DNA of 64,000 bases, taken from assembly GCA_947573405.1 (NCBI GenBank), contig CANPFW010000001.1, forward strand, positions 20,322 to 84,321. The letters run 5' to 3'. The translations under genes were made by a program, and so were the position numbers. Of the stretch, positions 35,436-45,565 are shown piece after piece (within the stretch, counting starts at the first letter, position 1; each line of letters opens with the position of its first letter). The stretch is from an uncultured Clostridia bacterium. GTDB taxonomy: Bacteria; Bacillota; Clostridia; Oscillospirales; CAG-272. The notes under the pieces are model-generated. The model was given only the letters and a program-made list of their open reading frames with translations. It was not told the origin of the DNA and made no database searches.

Positions 35436-35712
35436 GTAAAAGGGAGGAGTCGCGGAGCACTGAACTTCATAAGGCCCCCTTGCGCAAAGGGGGCTCCCGT
35501 GATGGCGGGTGGGGGATTGTTTTGCTATCATTTTGGATTATCAGCAAATCGGCAGTTTTATATAGACAATCCCTCCGACTCGCTTACAGCGAGCCACCTC
35601 CCTTTGCACAAGGGAGGCTATTCGTAAGGTGGAAGATTACAGCGACTCCTCCCTTTACTGGGGGGCCTTATGAAGTTTAGTGCTCCGCGACTCCTCCTTT
35701 TGCCGGGGGAGC
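35436..35712. repeat. Repeat family copy E5 (A orientation) with extended arms forming a palindrome of about 280 bp
   Basis: Inverted repeats gggggattgt 35511-35520 and acaatccctcc 35566-35576. The outer left segment tccccggtaaaagggaggagtcgcggagcactgaacttcataaggcc is the reverse complement of the right segment ggccttatgaagtttagtgctccgcgactcctccttttgccggggga. Confidence 0.85.
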
Positions 35713-35882
35713 CATTTTTGATTGGCTGCATGTCAGCTCCTTTTACTGGAGGAGGCTTGTCAAGTCGAAAGGAGCTTTCCCCTGCCACCTCCTGCCCGTC
35801 TTTGCAGGATTTACCGCTTGTATCATGCCGGATTTTCTGGTACAATACAAATAGCAATTTATGAAAGGGAATAAAAAAAGCC

Positions 35883-36119
35883 ATGCAGCTGACTCAAAAT
35901 AAAATTCAGGTATTGATGAAGCTTTGCTTCAGTGCAGTGCTTGTACAACTGTTGTTCATTTGTCTTGCCGCCGGCGGCACAGCAAATGAAACACTGTCTC
36001 TTGCCGCGCCTGCTTACATAATTCAAATTCCTGAAATGCTGGAATACGCCGCCCTGTCCGCTGTGATTACGCTGGGCGGAGGACTTGCGCTGGAATATGC
36101 CCTGAAGGTTTACGGATAA
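35883..36119 (+). CDS. Small hydrophobic hypothetical protein upstream of tilS
   Basis: 78 aa with two predicted hydrophobic helices. No family recognised. Weak call. Confidence 0.35.
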   Translation: MQLTQNKIQVLMKLCFSAVLVQLLFICLAAGGTANETLSLAAPAYIIQIPEMLEYAALSAVITLGGGLALEYALKVYG

Positions 36120-36148
36120 CGGATGAATCCGATCAAAGGAGCACCTAC

Positions 36149-37531
36149 GTGAAACTGTTTGAGAAAATCGAAAAAAATTTAATAAATTTAAAAATTTTGC
36201 CGATTCTGGAGGATTGCGGCACCGTTTTGTGTGCCCTTTCCGGCGGTGCGGATTCTGTCGTATTGCTTCGGTTTCTGCGCCAGTATCTGCCGGCACGGGG
36301 GATTCGTCTTGCTGCAGCCCATTTGAATCACTGCATTCGGGGCGCAGAAGCGGACGCGGATGAGACCTTCTGCCGCAGTCTTTGCGATGAACTGGAAATT
36401 CCCTTTTACTGCCGACGTGCAGACATTCCGGCTCTTGCAAAGAATACCGGACAGGGACTGGAAGAATGCGCCAGATCGGTGCGCTATGCTTTTTTTGAGG
36501 AAATACGAAGCAGTATTGCGGATTGCGTAATTGCCACCGCCCACAATGCTACGGATCATCTGGAAACGGTGCTGTTTCATCTGGCAAGAGGTACCGGGGC
36601 AAGGGGGCTGTGCGGTATTTCACCTGTGCGGGACGGGTATATTATTCGTCCCCTTTTGTGCTGCACGTCTCAGGAAATACGCGCGTATGCGGCAGAAGAG
36701 GGCATTGCTTACGTTACAGACCGTACCAATGAAGATACCGCCTACACCAGAAACTATATTCGAAAGAACATGATTCCTGCCATGCAGAAAATCAATCCCC
36801 GGTGCGAGGAGGCTGCGCTGCGGATGAGCGCTTCCCTTGCAGATGATCTCACCTGTTTGGAATCCGCCGCATCCCGGCTGCTCTCCCCGGAGGGATTTAT
36901 CCAAAGAGACGCAGTATCAGATGCGCCGCCTGCGCTGCTTTCCAGGGGAATTCTTGCCATGTACCGAAACTATACCAGATCTGCAGCCAATCTGTCTCAG
37001 GTGCATCTGTCAGACTGTATGTCACTCATTCGCAGTGGGAAGACAGGACGCATCAGCTTGCCCGGACAGGCAGTGCTGCTCGCGGAGGAAAACTGCATTC
37101 GAATCGGCGCTCAGCCGGATATTCTGAAATCCGCCGCACTTGCTCCCGTTTCCCTTCCTGTAGAAAGTACGGTTGTTTTTGGTCCATATTTGATAAAAAT
37201 GTCAAAGTGCCGATCCAATATTGCTTTGCCTGATCAAAATATTTACAATTTAGCAATATACAGCACGTTGGATTTTGATAAAATAAATGGTAGTATTTTT
37301 ATTCGTACCAGAGAAGCCGGCGACGTATATTATACTGGCGGCATGCATAAAAAATTAAAAAAACTTTTGGGTGCCTTGAAAATTCCCCTGCATTTGCGGG
37401 ACGCTTTCCCGCTGTTCTGTGACAGCGAGGGAATTGTGTGGGTGCCCGGTCTGCGTCCCCGGGATGGATGCGGCGGGAATGCGTCCGCAGAAAATCCTGT
37501 TTATATCGGCGTATGGTGTGCCGAAACATAA
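36149..37531 (+). CDS. tilS: tRNA(Ile)-lysidine synthetase
   Basis: PP-loop LSGGADSVVLL. GTG start after AAAGGAG. 460 aa. Confidence 0.9.
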   Translation: MKLFEKIEKNLINLKILPILEDCGTVLCALSGGADSVVLLRFLRQYLPARGIRLAAAHLNHCIRGAEADADETFCRSLCDELEIPFYCRRADIPALAKNTGQGLEECARSVRYAFFEEIRSSIADCVIATAHNATDHLETVLFHLARGTGARGLCGISPVRDGYIIRPLLCCTSQEIRAYAAEEGIAYVTDRTNEDTAYTRNYIRKNMIPAMQKINPRCEEAALRMSASLADDLTCLESAASRLLSPEGFIQRDAVSDAPPALLSRGILAMYRNYTRSAANLSQVHLSDCMSLIRSGKTGRISLPGQAVLLAEENCIRIGAQPDILKSAALAPVSLPVESTVVFGPYLIKMSKCRSNIALPDQNIYNLAIYSTLDFDKINGSIFIRTREAGDVYYTGGMHKKLKKLLGALKIPLHLRDAFPLFCDSEGIVWVPGLRPRDGCGGNASAENPVYIGVWCAET

Positions 37532-37567
37532 TAGTGTTCAAAACACAGAAAGGTTGGTTCCAAGGGT

Positions 37568-38131
37568 ATGAAGGAACATCACGATGTGTGGGATCGGGAC
37601 GTTGAACAGGTTCTGATCAGCGAAACACAGCTGGATGAGACAGTTTCCCGTATGGCGGCGCAAATTGATGCAGATTATAAGGATAAAAACCTGCTTCTCC
37701 TGTGCATACTGAAAGGGAGCCTTGTTTTTATGGGGGATTTGATGAAAAAGCTTTCCATCCCCTGTGAGATCGACTGCATGAAGGTTTCTTCCTATGGAAA
37801 CGGTTCCGTAACCAGCGGAAGAATCAATATCCTTTTGGATTTGCATCGGCAGGATCTCAGCGAAAAGGACATACTCATTATTGAAGATATTATCGACAGC
37901 GGCAGAACGCTGTCCTATCTGGTCTCTTATTTACAAATCAACGGTGCGCGCAGCGTTCGTTCCGCCGCACTTTTAGATAAACCTTCCCGCCGGGAAGTGG
38001 ATTATAACCCCGATTATGTGGGGCAGGAAATTCCCGACGCGTTTGTTGTGGGATACGGGCTGGATTATGCGGAAAAATACCGTTCCCTTCCGTATGTGGG
38101 AATTCTGAAACCGGAAATATATACAGAATAA
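37568..38131 (+). CDS. hpt: Hypoxanthine phosphoribosyltransferase
   Basis: LIIEDIIDSGRTL (PRPP-binding motif). Conserved tilS-hpt-ftsH order. Confidence 0.9.
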   Translation: MKEHHDVWDRDVEQVLISETQLDETVSRMAAQIDADYKDKNLLLLCILKGSLVFMGDLMKKLSIPCEIDCMKVSSYGNGSVTSGRINILLDLHRQDLSEKDILIIEDIIDSGRTLSYLVSYLQINGARSVRSAALLDKPSRREVDYNPDYVGQEIPDAFVVGYGLDYAEKYRSLPYVGILKPEIYTE

Positions 38132-38183
38132 AGTCCGGATTTTGCAGCTATATCGTGCAGACCAAAGAAAGGATTGACTTTTC

Positions 38184-40217
38184 ATGAAGAAAAACGGTTT
38201 AAAGGTCGCAGTTTGGTATGTGGCTCTCATCGCAGTGGTGATTGTTGTTATCTCGCTGCTCTATGGAGGCGGATCCAAAACGGAGCTTACCTACGGCGAC
38301 ATTGTAAATTACTTTAAAGATGAACAGGTGGAGCAATTCTCCGTTGACTACAACACTGCCACTCTAAAGCTGATCGTGCGTGCACAGGAGGACGGCGGCA
38401 AGCAGTCTGTGCTGAAATACAGACTGGCGGATGTAAACGTGTTCCTTCTGGATATGAAGGATCTGATCGACGAACAGTACGATGCAGGTATCATTACGGA
38501 GTATGATCTCAAGCCTGCGACCATCGTGCCCTGGTGGGTCAGCTTTTTGCCGTATCTGATCATTGCCATTGTCTTTATCGTTCTCTGGTGGTATATGATG
38601 AGTCAGGCTACCGGTGGAAAGGGCAGTAAGATCGGCAATTTCGGCAAAGCAAAAATGCGTACCGGAGACAAGGTGAAAGTATATTTCCGGGACGTTGCCG
38701 GTGCGGATGAAGAAAAAGCGGAGCTAGAAGAAATTGTTGAATTTTTGAAGGATCCCCAGAAGTTTACCAAGCTTGGTGCAAAGATTCCCCACGGCGTATT
38801 GCTGATGGGCCCTCCCGGAACGGGTAAAACCTTGCTTGCCAAAGCAGTGGCAGGGGAAGCGGGCGTTCCTTTCTATTCCATTTCCGGATCTGATTTTGTG
38901 GAAATGTATGTAGGTGTGGGTGCATCCCGTGTGCGGGATCTGTTTGAGACAGCCCGTAAAAATCCTGCTTCTATCGTATTTATAGATGAAATTGACGCTG
39001 TTGGTCGTCAGCGCGGTACAGGACTTGGCGGCGGTCATGATGAGCGTGAGCAGACTCTTAACCAGCTTCTGGTTGAAATGGACGGATTCGGTTCCACAGA
39101 AGGCATCATTGTGATTGCGGCAACCAACCGTCCCGATGTTCTGGATCCTGCGCTCCTGCGCCCCGGTCGGTTTGATCGGCAGATTACCGTGCATCAGCCG
39201 GATATCCATGGACGGGAAGAAATTCTTAAAGTACACGCACGCAACAAACCCATGGAAGCAGGTGTGGATCTTGCTGTTATTGCGAAAACCACTTCCGGCT
39301 TCACCGGTGCGGATCTTGCAAACCTGTTGAACGAGGCTGCGCTGCTTGCGGCACGGAAGAATAAATCTCTCATCGGAATGGATGAAATTGAGGATGCTTT
39401 CACAAAAATTGTTGCAGGTCCCCAGAAAAAATCCATGCGGATCAAAGAATCGGAAAAACTCAAAACGGCGTATCATGAAGCCGGTCACGCAGTGCTCTCT
39501 CATCTGCTGCCGCTGATTGATCCCGTGCATCAGATTTCCATTATCCCCAGCGGAAACGCTTTGGGATATACTTTGAATCTGCCTGAGGAGGATAAGTTCA
39601 GCGTTTACCGCAACGAACTGAAGCAGAAGATATCCATGCTCCTTGGCGGACGGGTTGCAGAGCAGCTTATATTTGACGATTTTTCCGGCGGTGCGTCCAA
39701 TGATATTCAGCGTGCTACGCAGATTGCCCGGAAAATGGTCATGCAGCTTGGTATGAGTGATCTGGGACCGATTCTGTTTGGAAGCGGTCACAGCGATACG
39801 GAAGTATTCCTGGGAAGGGACTTCTCTCAAAACCGTGACTTCTCGGAAGCAATTGCCGCAAAGATTGATGAGCAGATTGAAAAGATTATTAATGAATCCT
39901 ATAATGAAGCGAAACGATTGTTGTCTGAGAATATTGATAAGCTGCATTTCATCGCCAAGTATCTGGTTAAGAATGAAATCATGAACGGCGAGCAGTTCCG
40001 GCGTGTTATGGAAAACGCAGATGTAACAATAGAGGAACTGGAAGAAATGTACGCAGAAAAACGTCGCCGCAGTGAGGCGGAAAATGAAGCGCGGGCGCTG
40101 CAAATCAAAGAAAATGAGCGCCGCCGTGAAGAAGCCCGCAAGCTGGAAGAAGAAAAAGAACAGCGCAGCGAGGTTTCAAATGTGCCGCCAAGACCGGACG
40201 ATGATTCGGACCGGTAA
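38184..40217 (+). CDS. ftsH: ATP-dependent zinc metalloprotease FtsH
   Basis: [22 protein letters not shown], zinc motif HEAGHA. Acidic/basic C-terminal tail. Confidence 0.97.
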   Translation: MKKNGLKVAVWYVALIAVVIVVISLLYGGGSKTELTYGDIVNYFKDEQVEQFSVDYNTATLKLIVRAQEDGGKQSVLKYRLADVNVFLLDMKDLIDEQYDAGIITEYDLKPATIVPWWVSFLPYLIIAIVFIVLWWYMMSQATGGKGSKIGNFGKAKMRTGDKVKVYFRDVAGADEEKAELEEIVEFLKDPQKFTKLGAKIPHGVLLMGPPGTGKTLLAKAVAGEAGVPFYSISGSDFVEMYVGVGASRVRDLFETARKNPASIVFIDEIDAVGRQRGTGLGGGHDEREQTLNQLLVEMDGFGSTEGIIVIAATNRPDVLDPALLRPGRFDRQITVHQPDIHGREEILKVHARNKPMEAGVDLAVIAKTTSGFTGADLANLLNEAALLAARKNKSLIGMDEIEDAFTKIVAGPQKKSMRIKESEKLKTAYHEAGHAVLSHLLPLIDPVHQISIIPSGNALGYTLNLPEEDKFSVYRNELKQKISMLLGGRVAEQLIFDDFSGGASNDIQRATQIARKMVMQLGMSDLGPILFGSGHSDTEVFLGRDFSQNRDFSEAIAAKIDEQIEKIINESYNEAKRLLSENIDKLHFIAKYLVKNEIMNGEQFRRVMENADVTIEELEEMYAEKRRRSEAENEARALQIKENERRREEARKLEEEKEQRSEVSNVPPRPDDDSDR

Positions 40218-40233
40218 ATTATAGAGTACAAAT

Positions 40234-40266
40234 AAAAAGGCTCCCTATTAAAGGGAGCTTTTTTGT
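40234..40266 (+). terminator. ftsH rho-independent terminator
   Basis: aaaaaggctccc-tattaaa-gggagctttttt. Confidence 0.7.
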
Positions 40267-40310
40267 TTCTGCTGTGTGGCTTTATAGGGAGGTAGTAGCA
40301 TGCTGCAAGC

Positions 40311-40650
40311 ACCCACCATACCCCAAAGCCTCCCATTGTGAGGAGTTCGCTATGAGAATTCCTGGGACAATCCCGCACAGCATACCAATTTAAAAGGTTC
40401 CCTTGTGCAAAGGGTGGCTCGCTGCAAGTTCCTAATCTATGAAAAGCCCCCCCTTGTGCAAAGGGGGGTGTCAGCAAAGCGTAGCGATGCTGACGGGGGG
40501 ATTGTCTAAATCCTGCAAAATGATAGCATAAACAATCCCTCAGTCGCTATCGCGACAGCTCCCTTTACACAAGGGAGCCTTATGAAGTTTGGTGCTATCG
40601 CGACAGCACCTTAGAATCCGCGTAGCGGCTCTAGCACAAGGGAGGCTTTT
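40311..40650. repeat. Repeat family tract E6: decayed arm fragments plus a copy with a shortened core (B orientation)
   Basis: Inverted repeats ggggggattgt 40495-40505 and acaatccctca 40532-40542 enclose only 26 nt (ctaaatcctgcaaaatgatagcataa). H2 gtcagc...gctgac and gtcgc-tat-gcgac. A solo acaatccc at 40368-40375. Confidence 0.8.
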
Positions 40651-40736
40651 CTATCAGGATTTTACGGGAGTTCCCTATGAAGCCCCGCAGTGGATCTTTA
40701 CAAGGAAGCATTTTCTTCTTTCCAAATAATATAAAA

Positions 40737-40763
40737 GAAACCGCCTGTCGGCGGTTTCTTTTA
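40737..40763. terminator. Bidirectional terminator downstream of the DUF4340 gene
   Basis: gaaaccgcc (40737-40745) pairs with ggcggtttc (40750-40758), flanked by A and T runs. Confidence 0.65.
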
Positions 40764-40768
40764 GCTTT

Positions 40769-42286
40769 TCAGCTTTTTCCAAAGGCGGTGATTTCTTCAC
40801 CATTTAATACTCGAATCGTATCGTTCTCAATTTTCTTTACAAGATCTGTCAGCACATAAAATTCACCTACACCGTCGATTGTTACCAGAGAATGACGGGT
40901 CGAATAGGGATAAAACCGATACACTGTTGCATCTCCTGCAAGGTTTGTTGCTGTGAAGGTCATATAGGCATTGTCCGGAGTTGCTGCAAAGACTTCCATT
41001 TCTTCCGGCGACATTGTGCCGTATTCGTCAGCAGCATAATAATCTTGAATGGCAAGCGCAACCAGCGATTTATAAAAGTTCCGGAACTGGGGAATATAAT
41101 CCTCTGCCAGCTTTTTTCCTTCTGCTGTCACGGCCAGAAGCTGCTTTTGATTTTCGTCTACATCATGTTTCAGTTGGAATTCTGCCTGCACAGAATCGGT
41201 AGATATCCGAATTTGCCGGATGTTTGTAATATACTGCTGATATATATAAGGATCAATCCAGTCAATCAGAGAATATTCCAGGTAGGAATGCGCCTCTCCG
41301 CCGATTATGCCGATCACATTGGGATACAGATTGGAATACACATAGTAGGTGCCGTCCTCCGTCAGAGCGGAGAAATACAGCTCATATTTTCGGTCTGCAT
41401 ATTCAAATGTGATACTGTGGGCAGGATGATCCAGTCCAACCGCTGCGAAATCCGCGGCTGTAGCGCCCAGCTTATAGCAGGAATCTGCCCGCAGCTCCAG
41501 ATAAGAAAAAATAATCTCATATAATTTGTTGGAATCAGGATAATACGCTGTAGGATAATCCATGATATTTTCTGCAAGGGCATTGGGATTGTTCTGCTCT
41601 TTTTTATCCTTCAGACGGATGCGCAGCAGCATTTCCTCATCCTGATACACAGTGAAATGATTGACTGTGTAATAATCGTCCTGGGATATGCCTGTTGTCA
41701 GCACAGGAGTTACATATTTTTCTATGGGAACCAGAATCGTGTCTGCAACTTCTGTTCCCAATACGTATACGCTGCGCCGCCCCTCTAACATGCAGTAGTA
41801 TCCGCCGCCGGTGAGCAGTCTGTCCCCTACGAGAACAGTGAACTTGTCTCCGCCGTTTGCCGTTACCGTCCATTTGGCGCACGGCGCATCCAGTCCGTAT
41901 TCCGCGATTTTTTCATCGGATAAATTGCTTCCCACTTTGGTTTTGGATAAAGTGTATGCAGTTACATTTACAAGCAGAGAAAACTGCTGTTCGTCAAAGG
42001 GCACGGCATCGTACCCTTTGATCCGGAATTTTCCTTCTTCCGCCTGATAAAAGGCAAAGGATCCATGTTCGTTTTCTACTGCAATCTGTTCTATATCGCT
42101 GCGGGACAGGGATCCAAACAGGAAAAACCGATCCCCGCTTCCCAGTGCTTCTCCCGCCTCTGTTTCCGGTGGATTTTCTCCTTCCTCTACAGTCGCTGTC
42201 ATGGGACGAATGAGGAAAAAATATCCGCAAAGAAGCAGTACAAACAGGGAGAGCAGTACAATAATCAGTATTTTCTGCCGTTTCAT
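40769..42286 (-). CDS. DUF4340-domain protein (accessory to the GldG-type ABC system)
   Basis: N-terminal signal-anchor MKRQKILIIVLLSLFVLLL. Start at 42286 overlaps the upstream stop. Typical last gene of this cluster type. Confidence 0.7.
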   Translation of the reverse strand: MKRQKILIIVLLSLFVLLLCGYFFLIRPMTATVEEGENPPETEAGEALGSGDRFFLFGSLSRSDIEQIAVENEHGSFAFYQAEEGKFRIKGYDAVPFDEQQFSLLVNVTAYTLSKTKVGSNLSDEKIAEYGLDAPCAKWTVTANGGDKFTVLVGDRLLTGGGYYCMLEGRRSVYVLGTEVADTILVPIEKYVTPVLTTGISQDDYYTVNHFTVYQDEEMLLRIRLKDKKEQNNPNALAENIMDYPTAYYPDSNKLYEIIFSYLELRADSCYKLGATAADFAAVGLDHPAHSITFEYADRKYELYFSALTEDGTYYVYSNLYPNVIGIIGGEAHSYLEYSLIDWIDPYIYQQYITNIRQIRISTDSVQAEFQLKHDVDENQKQLLAVTAEGKKLAEDYIPQFRNFYKSLVALAIQDYYAADEYGTMSPEEMEVFAATPDNAYMTFTATNLAGDATVYRFYPYSTRHSLVTIDGVGEFYVLTDLVKKIENDTIRVLNGEEITAFGKS

Positions 42287-43788
42287 CCGTTCCGTCTCCT
42301 GATGTGCACCACAAGTCCCGCTGCACCGATGAGCACAGGCATTGTCACGGTCAGCGCCACAGTCCAACGGTTCGCCTGGGCAGTGGTGATATCCATGCTG
42401 GTATCATCCAGCACCTTCATTTCAATATCTGCTATAATCCGGTCCCGTCCGGTCAGCCGCATGGTATTATATAGAATGTCTCTGTTGCCATAGGCGCTGG
42501 ACAGCAGATATGCAGGGTCTGTATAATCTGCGCTGCCGCTGACCAGTACATAAGAATAGTAATATTCGTTGTTTTCAATCCGACCCTCCCGGGAAATGGT
42601 CATGAGCGGCTGTGCCCCGGTAGAAACCGTTTCCCCATTTTGGATCATTTGTGCGCTGTCATGGGACCAGAGCACTGGTGAAACAACCTTTGTGCCTTCC
42701 AGTGCCGGATCTTCTTCCCACAAAATATTCAGAGGCATGGCGTTGCGCAGGATCGTTTTAGGCATCTGATCCAGTTCCAGCAGATCCAGATACAGGGACG
42801 CGCCAAGGGTGTTCTCTTCCGCATACTGGGCTGCAATTGCCTTGCCGTCTGTAGAAATAGAGTTGGCAGTGTCCCGCATGTAGGTATCTTCATTGAAGCC
42901 GATTCCCCATTCAGAAAGCAGCTCGCTGAGGTTTGTCAGGTTTCCTGCATATTCCGGAGAGGTAAATACCATCAGACAGCCATAGTCGTCCAGAAACTGA
43001 TCCAGTTTGTCGATTTCGTTTGCATCGCTGCTGTCTGCCTCTATGCCGGCAAAATCATATATGGGATTGTTGATGACAACAATCCGTGCATCCTTATCAA
43101 TTTCTTCTTTGGAAAGGTCAATATTTTTCACCGTATATCCCGCATCGGTGAAAAGGCTTACCAGTGCGGAGGCGTTGTCGTCCACAGCCTCCCCATGCTG
43201 GGTGGTCATATGCACCACAGGCAGTTCCGCAGAGGTCATGGACAGAATTGCGGACACGAATTTTTGCTCTGCCTGATATCCCCAGATTTTGCTGTACTCC
43301 TCATCGTGTACGAAAAATGCATCCATATTGAACAGGCGGAATTCTGTGCTGCATTTTACAACCACAGAAGTGGTTTTGATATCCTGTGCGGCAGTGGTAT
43401 AGTATTCCTTGAAAAACCCCGGGTTTTTAATAATATCCACACATTCCACATGGATGTTGTCAAATTTGGATTCCAGTTGAAGCGCTGTCTGGTATACATA
43501 AAACAGATAGGGGCTTGCATCCCGGATCTTGTCCGGCTCTATGGTGAAGTAAATGTCGGTTTCCCCTTCCACATCCCGAAGCAGATCCAGTGTGGCGTCG
43601 GACAGGGAATATACCTGATCCTTTGTCATGTCCGCATACCAGGTGAAGTGATTTGCCAGGGCGAAAAATCCGATATTAAACACGATTGCCAGAGCGATGA
43701 CAAGCGCAGTGATTACAGAGGACATGGCAGTGTATTGATTTCTTCTCTGCCGACGCAGCTTTGCCTTTTGCAGTTTTTTGATGTTCAT
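42283..43788 (-). CDS. GldG-like ABC-transporter auxiliary protein
   Basis: N- and C-terminal TM anchors flank a large extracytoplasmic domain. Located after an ABC-2 permease. Confidence 0.7.
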   Translation of the reverse strand: MNIKKLQKAKLRRQRRNQYTAMSSVITALVIALAIVFNIGFFALANHFTWYADMTKDQVYSLSDATLDLLRDVEGETDIYFTIEPDKIRDASPYLFYVYQTALQLESKFDNIHVECVDIIKNPGFFKEYYTTAAQDIKTTSVVVKCSTEFRLFNMDAFFVHDEEYSKIWGYQAEQKFVSAILSMTSAELPVVHMTTQHGEAVDDNASALVSLFTDAGYTVKNIDLSKEEIDKDARIVVINNPIYDFAGIEADSSDANEIDKLDQFLDDYGCLMVFTSPEYAGNLTNLSELLSEWGIGFNEDTYMRDTANSISTDGKAIAAQYAEENTLGASLYLDLLELDQMPKTILRNAMPLNILWEEDPALEGTKVVSPVLWSHDSAQMIQNGETVSTGAQPLMTISREGRIENNEYYYSYVLVSGSADYTDPAYLLSSAYGNRDILYNTMRLTGRDRIIADIEMKVLDDTSMDITTAQANRWTVALTVTMPVLIGAAGLVVHIRRRNG

Positions 43789-43800
43789 ATTCCTGCCTCC

Positions 43801-44505
43801 TTACGCAAACCGGCGCTTTTCATATACGCGCACTGTGAGAAACAGGAATATGCCGCACATGGAAAGATAGTACACTGCACTGGAAAAGTCAAAGATACCC
43901 ATTGTAAAATTGGAATACCGGCTGTAAATGGAAATCCAGTCCAGAATCTGCCGCAGCACGAAATTATCCAGAATTCCGTTAAGCATGGCAAGTACCACAA
44001 GCCCGCACAAAACACCGATGGTTGTAACAGCGGCAGTGAACTGATTTTCCGTGAGAGAGGATAGAAACATACCGATAGCAATGAAGCAGATTCCGATAAG
44101 AATCATGCCTACAGTACAGCCAAGCACTCTGCCCCAGTTGGGATCTCCATATATTCCAAGGGTTATGAAAAACAGGGAAGAAACGGCTACTGTACCCAGA
44201 AACAGAGTGAATGCGGCAAGAAATTTTGCCAGCACCAGGCTCCACAGGCTCACCGGTGCGGTGAGAAGCAGCTGTTCTGTTTTGTTCCGCTTTTCTTCCG
44301 CAAAGGACCGCATGGTCAGCAGCGGAATAAGCACGATATAAGCGATCATCAAAATCTGAAAATACAGCGACACATCAGTGGATTGCTCCTGCAATGTGGT
44401 CAAGCTGAATATAAATCCGGCGGCGCAAAGAAAAATCGCCATAAATATATAGCCTGCCGGTGTTGTAAAATAGGCGCGCATTTCACGCTTGTAAATAGCA
44501 AACAT
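43801..44505 (-). CDS. ABC-2 type transporter permease (GldF-like)
   Basis: 234 aa with six hydrophobic helices. Reads MFAIYKREMRAYFTTPAGYIF. Confidence 0.8.
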   Translation of the reverse strand: MFAIYKREMRAYFTTPAGYIFMAIFLCAAGFIFSLTTLQEQSTDVSLYFQILMIAYIVLIPLLTMRSFAEEKRNKTEQLLLTAPVSLWSLVLAKFLAAFTLFLGTVAVSSLFFITLGIYGDPNWGRVLGCTVGMILIGICFIAIGMFLSSLTENQFTAAVTTIGVLCGLVVLAMLNGILDNFVLRQILDWISIYSRYSNFTMGIFDFSSAVYYLSMCGIFLFLTVRVYEKRRFA

Positions 44506-44526
44506 GTAAATCTCCTGCCTTTTCTG

Positions 44527-45480
44527 TCATTTGCGTTTTTTACCGGGCTGTACGCCCTCGGTCAGCTTCAGGAACACATCTTCCAGAGAATATCCCTCCT
44601 GCTCCATACCGACTACAGGCCATTCCCGCTGTGCCATGGCGAAAAATACGCCCTTGCGTACATCTGTGCCCGGAGCAGATTCTACAAAATAGGAAAAGCT
44701 GTCCCGCTCCCTGTCTCCTGTAGCCGCGGCACTGATTACTTCCGGGATAGCCCGCAGCACTTCCAGCACTTCCTTCTGGGGACCGCAGATGCTCACCCGA
44801 ATCCGTGTATTCTGCTGGATGGTGCGGCTGATACTGTCTGTTTTTTCGTCGCACAGCACCTTGCCGCCGTCCAAAATTACAACTCGGTCGCAAACTGCCT
44901 GTACTTCCGGCAAAATATGAGAGGACAGAATCACCGTGTGCTCTCTGCCCAGCGTGCGGATCAGATTGCGCACTTCGATAATCTGTTTGGGATCCAGCCC
45001 CACTGTGGGTTCATCAAAAACAAGCACCTTGGGATTTCCCACAAGCGCCTGTGCAATTCCCAAGCGCTGTCTGTATCCGGTGGACAGATTTTTAATAATG
45101 CGCCGGCGCGCGTCATACAGACGGGTTACCCGGCAGATCTCCTCCAGATGGGCATCCCGATTATAGTTGCACTGCTTTAAGTCATAGACAAACCGCAGGT
45201 ACTCCTCTACCCGCATATCTCCGTAAAGGGGCGGCGTTTCCGGCAAAAATCCAATCCGTTTTTTTGCTTCCCCGGGCTGTTCCAGAATATCCTTGCCGTC
45301 TATGCGGACTGTGCCTGCATTGGCGGACAGATATCCTGTCATAATATTCATCGCGGTGGATTTTCCAGCTCCGTTGGGACCAAGCAGTCCCAGAATTTCC
45401 CGCTCGCCCACAGTAAAACTCACGTCATCCAGGGCAAGGTTTGTCCCATAGGATTTTACAAGATGTGAAACCTCAATCAT
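44527..45480 (-). CDS. ABC transporter ATP-binding protein (GldA-like)
   Basis: GPNGAGKST, LSTGYRQRLGIAQAL, LVFDEPTVGLD. Start moved to MIEVSHL (45480). Confidence 0.9.
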   Translation of the reverse strand: MIEVSHLVKSYGTNLALDDVSFTVGEREILGLLGPNGAGKSTAMNIMTGYLSANAGTVRIDGKDILEQPGEAKKRIGFLPETPPLYGDMRVEEYLRFVYDLKQCNYNRDAHLEEICRVTRLYDARRRIIKNLSTGYRQRLGIAQALVGNPKVLVFDEPTVGLDPKQIIEVRNLIRTLGREHTVILSSHILPEVQAVCDRVVILDGGKVLCDEKTDSISRTIQQNTRIRVSICGPQKEVLEVLRAIPEVISAAATGDRERDSFSYFVESAPGTDVRKGVFFAMAQREWPVVGMEQEGYSLEDVFLKLTEGVQPGKKRK

Positions 45481-45565
45481 TGATCCACTACTCCTTTCCG
45501 GCGTGCGACCGGAATAATATAATAATATTGTAGCATATAGTTCTGCCGCAACTATAAATAAACTA

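Noticed and set aside
38724-40103. 459-aa minus-strand ORF
   Set aside because: It is antisense to ftsH, whose identity is unambiguous. It is therefore a shadow ORF.
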